Assembly (NCBI GenBank): GCA_965220045.1
Contig: OZ244803.1
Location: forward strand, 1,136,196 to 1,200,195
Direction: 5' to 3'
Source: Chloroflexota bacterium
GTDB taxonomy: Bacteria > Chloroflexota > UBA11872 > VXOZ01
DNA length: 64,000 nucleotides
Shown here: piece by piece, positions 57,835 to 64,000 of the stretch
Layout of the letters: each line of letters opens with the position of its first letter
Numbering within the stretch: position 1 is the stretch's first letter
Notes under the pieces: generated by a model
Database searches by the model: none
Told to the model about the DNA's origin: nothing
What the model saw: the letters and a program-made list of their open reading frames with translations, nothing else
Program-made: the position numbers and the translations under genes

Positions 57835-58689
57835 GTGACTGCACCCACTTTGCCGTTCTCGCCGGACCGCATTGACGACGTATTGCGCCGCGCAATGGCG
57901 GAAGACGTAGGCGCGGGCGACGTCACGACGCTCGCTCTCGTCCCTTCCAACCAAGCAGGGACGGCGGTTGCACTCTCAAAAGAAGCCGGAGTCTTGGCGG
58001 GCAATGCCATCGGGGCCCGGGTATTCACGCTGCTTGATAGCGCCGTTAAAGCTACGCAGTTGCTTGAGGACGGCGACACGCTCACCCCGGGCGCTCGCTT
58101 CCTGCGCATCGAAGGCCCTTTGCAGACAATTCTGACAGGAGAGCGAGTTGCCCTGAATGTGCTTCGGCACCTCTCCGGCATAGCTACGCTCGCGCGTGCA
58201 TTCGTGGAGGCCGTGGAAGGCACGGGCGCGCAGATTGTCGATACCCGCAAGACAACGCCCGGCTTGCGGCTCTTCGAGAAGTACGCCGTACGCGTCGGAG
58301 GCGGTCACAATCACCGCATGGGTCTCTTCGATGGTGTGCTTATCAAGGACAACCATATTGCCGCGTGCGGGTCCGTTTCCGCGGCGGTAAAGAGAGCGCG
58401 GGAGTCCGTTCATCACTTGCTCAAGATCCAGATAGAGGCCAAGACCCTCGCGCAGGTAGCCGAGGCTTTGGAGGCGGGTGCAGATGGCATTCTGCTGGAC
58501 AACATGTCACCGGCCACCATGGCCGAAGCGGTGACTATGGCGCGGGGTAGAGCATTTACAGAGGCTTCCGGGGGCATTACGCTAGAGTCGGTTAGAGACG
58601 CTGCGTGCAGTGGTGTAGACTTAATCTCGGTGGGGATGCTCACGCATTCGGCACCGGCGTTAGACCTTAGTCTTGATATTGAAGGGTAG
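57835..58689 (+). CDS. nadC: Quinolinate phosphoribosyltransferase
   Basis: ERVALN, DTRKTTPG, NHRMGL-D, IKDNH, LLDNM, EASGGI. Confidence 0.96.
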   Translation: MTAPTLPFSPDRIDDVLRRAMAEDVGAGDVTTLALVPSNQAGTAVALSKEAGVLAGNAIGARVFTLLDSAVKATQLLEDGDTLTPGARFLRIEGPLQTILTGERVALNVLRHLSGIATLARAFVEAVEGTGAQIVDTRKTTPGLRLFEKYAVRVGGGHNHRMGLFDGVLIKDNHIAACGSVSAAVKRARESVHHLLKIQIEAKTLAQVAEALEAGADGILLDNMSPATMAEAVTMARGRAFTEASGGITLESVRDAACSGVDLISVGMLTHSAPALDLSLDIEG

Positions 58690-58693
58690 GCGG

Positions 58694-59056
58694 ATGGCTC
58701 CGGCACTGGTATTTGAGCGGCAATACCGTACCCCCTCGTCCGAGGGCTATCGGGTGCAGAAAGAAGGAGCACAGCTCGCTCAGATTGAGTTGCATTATGC
58801 GCACTCGGTCGTCTATTGTACGCTGGTGTTGTTTCAGGAACTCTCCGAGCACGAGCAATTCGCTATGATCGAGGAAATTGACGATCATCTTGTTCTTTCC
58901 GCCGAGGTACCCCGCGAGGACCTCATGGTCACGGTCTATCGCGGCGCGGAAGTCGGATTCTACAACGACGACATGTTCAGCCACATACGCGCCGAAGAAG
59001 AGCTGCAGAGCGCGCCGACCCCACCAGCGGACGATGTGGCGCCGTACGGCAACTGA
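58694..59056 (+). CDS. Acidic hypothetical protein co-transcribed with nadBC
   Basis: 120-aa ORF 4 nt after the nadC stop; normal codon usage. Confidence 0.65.
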   Translation: MAPALVFERQYRTPSSEGYRVQKEGAQLAQIELHYAHSVVYCTLVLFQELSEHEQFAMIEEIDDHLVLSAEVPREDLMVTVYRGAEVGFYNDDMFSHIRAEEELQSAPTPPADDVAPYGN

Positions 59057-59095
59057 GTAGCGCCTGTGCTCGCTCAGAGAGTTCAGCGGATGATC

Positions 59096-59686
59096 TTACC
59101 GCGGCTGCACGAGGGCAAGCGAGCCTTCGAGAGCGAGCAGCCGTTCCTTCCATGGCAGACCGCGCGTATAGCCGCCAAAGGTGCCGTCACTGGCGATCAC
59201 GCGGTGGCAGGGCACGATGATTGGCAGTGGATTCTGCCCCAAGGCATTGCCCACGGCTCGATAGGCCAGCGGCCTCCCGATGCGCCTGGCAATTTCCTGG
59301 TACGTCGCGAGTTTGCCGAATTCCACAGAGTTAGTCTCTGCCCACACCGCGCGTTGGAAGGGCGTACCGTTAAGGGTGACGGGAACGCTGAACGTCGTCA
59401 GCCCTTCACCGGCAAAGAACGCGTGCAATTCCCTCACGGCGGCAGCGGCAATTGTCTCCGCGTCGACGTTTGCGCCGGGGGACATGCCTGCCTCTTCTTC
59501 CAGCGCTTTGCCGGCTGCGAGAGCGTTCTCGTGTCCAAAGGTGGCCCCACAGACCCCGGTGGGCGTCACAGCCACGGCGAACCATCCCCAATCCCGTGCC
59601 GCCTCAGCGATGCGTACAACACACTGACTTGCTAGTGGATTGTGATTGGAGTGCCCATTCGGTGTAGGAGGGGCTTCACTCTGCAT
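59096..59686 (-). CDS. ogt: Methylated-DNA--protein-cysteine methyltransferase
   Basis: GTPFQ, RAVGNA, NP-PIIVPCHRV, LLALEG. Confidence 0.93.
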   Translation of the reverse strand: MQSEAPPTPNGHSNHNPLASQCVVRIAEAARDWGWFAVAVTPTGVCGATFGHENALAAGKALEEEAGMSPGANVDAETIAAAAVRELHAFFAGEGLTTFSVPVTLNGTPFQRAVWAETNSVEFGKLATYQEIARRIGRPLAYRAVGNALGQNPLPIIVPCHRVIASDGTFGGYTRGLPWKERLLALEGSLALVQPR

Positions 59687-59749
59687 AGTTGAGCCTTCGA
59701 ATTCGCGGAATCTAGCACAAATCGCCGCAAGACAAGCCTGAGTTCGTCG

Positions 59750-60694
59750 CTAGACCCTGGCCCCAGGCACGGGTACGGACTCCAGGAGTTCGAGGATTAC
59801 GTCGTTTGTGCTCGTATTGCGCACCCCCGCGCCGGGACTGACGATCAGCCGGTGGGCAAGCGTCGGGACGGCCATGTACTTTACGTCGTCGGGAGTAGCG
59901 TAGTCGCGACCCATCAGGGTTGCCCGTGCTTGCGCGGTATGGTCGAGTGCTAGGCTGCCGCGGGGACTCGCGCCCAGGTACACGTCAGGGTGCTGACGCG
60001 TGGCATTCACTAGCTCCACTATGTACTCCCGCACCAAGCGGTCAACATAGACTTCCCGCGTCCGCTGCTGCATATCAACCAATTCGCGAACTTCCACCAC
60101 TTGACCAATCTCGTCGAGGGGCTGCGAACGTTGCTGCGTTTCAAGGACGGACATTTCATCGGCGCGGCGGGGGTAGCCAAGCTCGATGCGCATGAGAAAG
60201 CGGTCGAGTTGCGCCTCTGGCAGCGGGAACGTGCCTTCATACTCGATAGGGTTCTGTGTTGCGAGCACGAGAAAGGGGTTTGGCAATGGGAACGTCTGAC
60301 CTTCAACCGTTACATTGTGCTCTTCCATGGCTTCAAGCAGCGCCGACTGCGTCTTGGGGGTAGCGCGGTTGATTTCATCCGCCAGGACGATCTGAGCCAT
60401 GATGGGTCCGGGGCGGAATTCGAATTCATTCGTCTTCTGGTTGAAAATGAACACGCCGGTGATATCGCTTGGCAGCATGTCAGGCGTGAATTGGAGGCGT
60501 TTGAAGCTGCATCCGATGGACCGCGCAACGGCTTTCGCGAGCGAGGTCTTGCCGACGCCGGGTACGTCTTCAACTAAGACGTGTCCCCCACAGAGCAAGG
60601 CAATCAGGGCCAATTCAACTTCGGCGTGCTTGCCTATGATTACCCGCTCGACGTTTTCAATCACACGCTCGGCGAAATCCTGGATTCCTTCCAT
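59750..60694 (-). CDS. moxR: MoxR family AAA+ ATPase
   Basis: [45 protein letters not shown]. Confidence 0.94.
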   Translation of the reverse strand: MEGIQDFAERVIENVERVIIGKHAEVELALIALLCGGHVLVEDVPGVGKTSLAKAVARSIGCSFKRLQFTPDMLPSDITGVFIFNQKTNEFEFRPGPIMAQIVLADEINRATPKTQSALLEAMEEHNVTVEGQTFPLPNPFLVLATQNPIEYEGTFPLPEAQLDRFLMRIELGYPRRADEMSVLETQQRSQPLDEIGQVVEVRELVDMQQRTREVYVDRLVREYIVELVNATRQHPDVYLGASPRGSLALDHTAQARATLMGRDYATPDDVKYMAVPTLAHRLIVSPGAGVRNTSTNDVILELLESVPVPGARV

Positions 60695-60909
60695 GGTCGC
60701 GACCCTACCCTTCTTGGCACGCAATCTGGTTTGTAACTCAAGTATACACGCTGCTGCTCTCGCGCTTGGTTCGCAGGCAGCCGAAGCAAGCGCGGGATCT
60801 GTGGCGCGACAGAGAGTTTGCGTTGCGCCGAGGGGCGCCCATAGCTTGCCTAGCTCTATTGTAGCTACTATGCTGAATTAAACCTGAGATCACCTGAAGG
60901 AGCAGAATA

Positions 60910-61692
60910 GTGACCCTAGAGCAAATCGGCCTGCGTCGCAGAATCGCGCGCAATGAGACTCTATACGGCGTGTTCGTAGACGCGCCCACCATCTCACACG
61001 TGGAGACCCTCGCGATCGCCGGGTTTGACTTCGTGATTCTCGACCAGGAACACGGCCACATCAACGCTGAGAGCCTGGTGCATCTTGTGAGCGCATGCGA
61101 CCACTTCGGAATCGCTTCCCTCGTGCGCATACCTACGCTGGCTTCGTGGCTGATCGGTCCCGCGCTTGATTGCGGTTCGTCGGGGGTCCAGGTGCCGTTC
61201 GTCTCAAGCGCGGATGAGGCGGAGGCTGCAGTTGCTGCTGCTCGTTTTTCGCCTGACGGAGAGCGCGGCGTGCACGTATTCCTGCGGGGCGGGCAGTACG
61301 GCGCCTTGGGAGCGGAGGGGTTCTTTAGAGCCTGCAATGAAAACCAGGCCGTCGTGCTCCAGGTGGAAGGCACGCGCGGCGTAGAGAACCTTGAAGAAAT
61401 CGCCGCCGTGCCCGGCTATGATTCTATTTTCATTGGGCCGTACGATCTCTCACAGTCACTTGGCGTTCCCGGCCAAACCGGGCATGCGAGCGTCGTAGAC
61501 GTAATCGAGCGGGCGGTCACTCAGTGCAAGCAGCACGGCAAGGTGGTCGGCACGTTTGTGAATACGCCGGAAGACGCCGCCATGTGGGCAAAGCGTGGAG
61601 TGCAAATGGTATCCGTTTCGTGTGACACGAACATCTTCTATCGTGCGTGCACGGAACTGCGGCAGTCGATTGCTGAAGCTGCAGACGCGTAG
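60910..61692 (+). CDS. HpcH/HpaI aldolase family protein
   Basis: DFVILDQEHG, VRIP, G-RG, QVE, FIGPYDLS. Confidence 0.9.
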   Translation: MTLEQIGLRRRIARNETLYGVFVDAPTISHVETLAIAGFDFVILDQEHGHINAESLVHLVSACDHFGIASLVRIPTLASWLIGPALDCGSSGVQVPFVSSADEAEAAVAAARFSPDGERGVHVFLRGGQYGALGAEGFFRACNENQAVVLQVEGTRGVENLEEIAAVPGYDSIFIGPYDLSQSLGVPGQTGHASVVDVIERAVTQCKQHGKVVGTFVNTPEDAAMWAKRGVQMVSVSCDTNIFYRACTELRQSIAEAADA

Positions 61693-61825
61693 GCTACCGC
61701 GGTTGCAGGCGCGGCTCTAGAGTTGCTGGCAAACGGACTTGACCCCGTGACTTGAGACTCCTGACGTCAACGCACCCATTGCACGACGTTTGAGAGGGGG
61801 CATGGAACGGATCACGGACAGCAAT

Positions 61826-62704
61826 TCAGAGCGGCACCCGTAGGAACTCCCTGCCGAGTATGATTTCGCCATCGAACTCGGTGGCCACCTCCGCGACGAC
61901 GCGCTCCGCCTGGCCCGGCGCTGGATCACCCAGTGTTTCCGCGCCAATGGCGCGCGTGGTGTGTACCAAGACGAGGCGCTTTACTTGCGCCTCGCGCGCG
62001 ACGCGGCCGGCGGAAATAGTCCCAAGATTCGCGTCTCGCTCCTCTTCCCGCGCTTGTGATCGGGACATGTGGCACATCGCTACGAGGGTATCGGCGCCGC
62101 GAGCGAGATCTATGAGGTTTTGGTCCGGGCCGGCGTCACCGGTGAACACCATGGAACCTTCGTCGCTGTTCAGACGGTAGGCCAGAGATTCAAGCCAGGG
62201 CTGCACGTGCTGCGTGGCCGCGCACACTACTTCCCAGTTCTCGCCCTCGCACACGGGTCCGGGTGCGATGTCCTTGACGGATACGTCCGGTGGAGTGCGC
62301 GGCAGTATGCCGCCTCGCTGCCGGTACCCTCTGACGCTGATCGGATGGTTGATTCTTGCTTTGATGTCCGGAGCAAAAGCCCCGGTGTCAGGATTGATGA
62401 GACGGTCTGTTAGCTGCTCCGTGTGCTGCGGCCCGAAGACGTGTAACTGGGCTACATCGCCGTAGCCGGTATCCCAGCGTGAGAGGAGAAAGCCGGGGTA
62501 ATCCGCATTGTGGTCGTAGTGATGGTGTGAGAAGAAGAGATAGCCAATGCTCGCGGGCGCCATGCCCGCCTTGAGCAGCTTGTAAGTGGTTGCCGGTCCG
62601 CAGTCAAAGAGGAGATGATCCGACCCTAGATTGACTACATAGGCGGAGCCGTATTGTGTGGCACTCAGTCCCGGGGTGCCGGCGCCCAGTATCAAGAGTT
62701 GCAC
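61826..62704 (-). CDS. MBL-fold hydrolase (RNase Z/AtsA-like)
   Basis: LGAGTP, FDCG, SHHHYDH, FTGD, LVLVH. Confidence 0.88.
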   Translation of the reverse strand: MQLLILGAGTPGLSATQYGSAYVVNLGSDHLLFDCGPATTYKLLKAGMAPASIGYLFFSHHHYDHNADYPGFLLSRWDTGYGDVAQLHVFGPQHTEQLTDRLINPDTGAFAPDIKARINHPISVRGYRQRGGILPRTPPDVSVKDIAPGPVCEGENWEVVCAATQHVQPWLESLAYRLNSDEGSMVFTGDAGPDQNLIDLARGADTLVAMCHMSRSQAREEERDANLGTISAGRVAREAQVKRLVLVHTTRAIGAETLGDPAPGQAERVVAEVATEFDGEIILGREFLRVPL

Positions 62705-62931
62705 TCCACCATCCTTGACGATGCCCGCTGTTTGTTCGGTCCAAGGTCTTTACTGTTCAATGCTGCCGGCAGGGCAACAATCACAGACCGGCGTGACTAT
62801 GGTAAATCACAGGGCTTTTACTAGCTGCAAAAAGCACCTGCTCGAGATTCCCGCTATTCAGCCTTCGTGCCGTTCGTACGCATGCCCTCTCTTTACGGAG
62901 ACTCTTGCGTAACCCTCGCCACAGCGAGATA

Positions 62932-62957
62932 GCCCCCTCTCCCCGAGGAGAGGGGGC
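62932..62957. repeat. CCCTCTCC/GGAGAGGG hairpin (same family as the central unit in moeA; possible terminator)
   Basis: GCCCCCTCTCC-ccga-GGAGAGGGGGC, 11-bp stem. Confidence 0.6.
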
Positions 62958-63055
62958 ACCCCTTGCCCTCTAGACTCAGTTGCGCAAAGGTCTCCTACGG
63001 CAGGCTCTCTGCCAACGCCAGGAGAGGTAGTCGGGTCAAGTGGTTTCCCTCAGGC

Positions 63056-64000
63056 TCAGTCCTTCCACCACACGGTCCAGAAGTCATCGCGCTTCGCCGG
63101 AAACGTAATCCGTGCCGTTGCGCCGCCCTGCGGTTCGTTCTCGATCAGGAAAGTGCCGGATAGCTCATTGGTTACCAGTTGCTCCACAATGCTTAGGCCC
63201 AGACCGGCGTGTGTTTGCAGAGTGAAGTCCTCCGGCATGCCACGCCCACTGTTCCACACGTCAACGGCAATGGTGCCGTCACCATGTGATGCCGACACGC
63301 GGATGCTCCCTACCGGATGGCCTTCCAGTCCGTGCATGATGGCATTTGAGACAAGTTCATTGAGCACGAGCGCAAAGAGCGTGGCCTGTTTCGAACCAAG
63401 CTCGATTGGCGCAGGCTCAATCGAGAACTTTATCTCTTGGCTGGGCGGCACCAGGTCCTTGAGCACTATATCCATTATGCGATTGGCGATCTCACCTACT
63501 GTGGCCAGACCAATGTCCTCTTCCGAAAACAGCTCATGGACTGCGGCAATGCTCTCCACGCGCGCCGCACTGAGGCCCAGGAGGCCGGCCGCCTCCGGAG
63601 ACTCTGCCCTTCGCATCTGTAGAGAGAGGAGAGAGGCAACGGTTTGGAGGTTGTTCTTGACACGATGCTGCATTTCCCGCATGAGCACTGCTTGGCTTTC
63701 GAGGGCTTTTTGGGACTCCTGATACAGACGCGCGTTCTCTATTGCCAGAGCCGCGTCATAGGCAAACATCGAGGCGAGCTGAATCTGCTCTTCGCTGAAC
63801 CTCCGACGCTCAACTCTAAAGACACTGATGCCGCCAAGCACCCTGTCGCGCGCAATGAGGGGCACCCAAAACATGGAGCGGATGCCTTCAGCCTCAAGCT
63901 GCGGATGCACCTGGGCCAAGACCGGGTCGGATTGTGCATCCTCAATACGCACTGTATTGCGATCCAAGATGGACTGCCCAAGCGACCCCTCTCTCGCCGC
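63056..64000 (-). CDS. GAF + HisKA_2 sensor histidine kinase (PdtaS-like), 5' truncated by the window edge
   Basis: ALAIENARLY, EMQHRVKNNLQ, LNELVSNA-HG, GLGLSIV. Confidence 0.9.
   Translation of the reverse strand, partial: AAREGSLGQSILDRNTVRIEDAQSDPVLAQVHPQLEAEGIRSMFWVPLIARDRVLGGISVFRVERRRFSEEQIQLASMFAYDAALAIENARLYQESQKALESQAVLMREMQHRVKNNLQTVASLLSLQMRRAESPEAAGLLGLSAARVESIAAVHELFSEEDIGLATVGEIANRIMDIVLKDLVPPSQEIKFSIEPAPIELGSKQATLFALVLNELVSNAIMHGLEGHPVGSIRVSASHGDGTIAVDVWNSGRGMPEDFTLQTHAGLGLSIVEQLVTNELSGTFLIENEPQGGATARITFPAKRDDFWTVWWKD

Noticed and set aside
1-64000. CRISPR array, tRNA/rRNA, transposase, integrase, prophage or defence system
   Set aside because: No regularly spaced direct repeats, tRNA motifs or such protein motifs were seen by eye.

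Overview
This is a GC-rich, mostly housekeeping 64-kb window of about 55 CDSs. Gene content and protein style suggest a Chloroflexota bacterium (inference only). It holds moeA, an orphan dnaA (no dnaN/recF/gyrB, no adjacent perfect DnaA boxes), trxA, lgt, yggS-yggT-yggU-hisS, htpX-pspAB, two tandem FemABX-family genes, menG/polyprenyl synthase, metG-tatD, a reduced dcw cluster (mraZ-rsmH-ftsL-ftsI-ftsW-murC-murB-ftsQ-ftsA-ftsZ), queG, nadB-nadC, ogt, moxR and a partial PdtaS-like kinase. Single catabolic genes (ALDH, M24, M81, CocE, GH4, nitrilase, class III aminotransferase, HpcH aldolase) are interleaved. I saw no CRISPR array, tRNA, rRNA, transposase or prophage. The strongest observations are: (1) a 180-nt in-frame insertion in MoeA built from REP-like palindromes that also occur intergenically; (2) an unannotated ~210-nt rod-like RNA, possibly 6S, at ~4240-4448; (3) two perfect DnaA boxes bracketing the MraZ-box array in the dcw leader while dnaA has none nearby; (4) a switch-like htpX leader; (5) a probable CTG start for murC directly after an in-frame ftsW stop where murG is missing. 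All calls come from reading motifs by eye; no database search was run.
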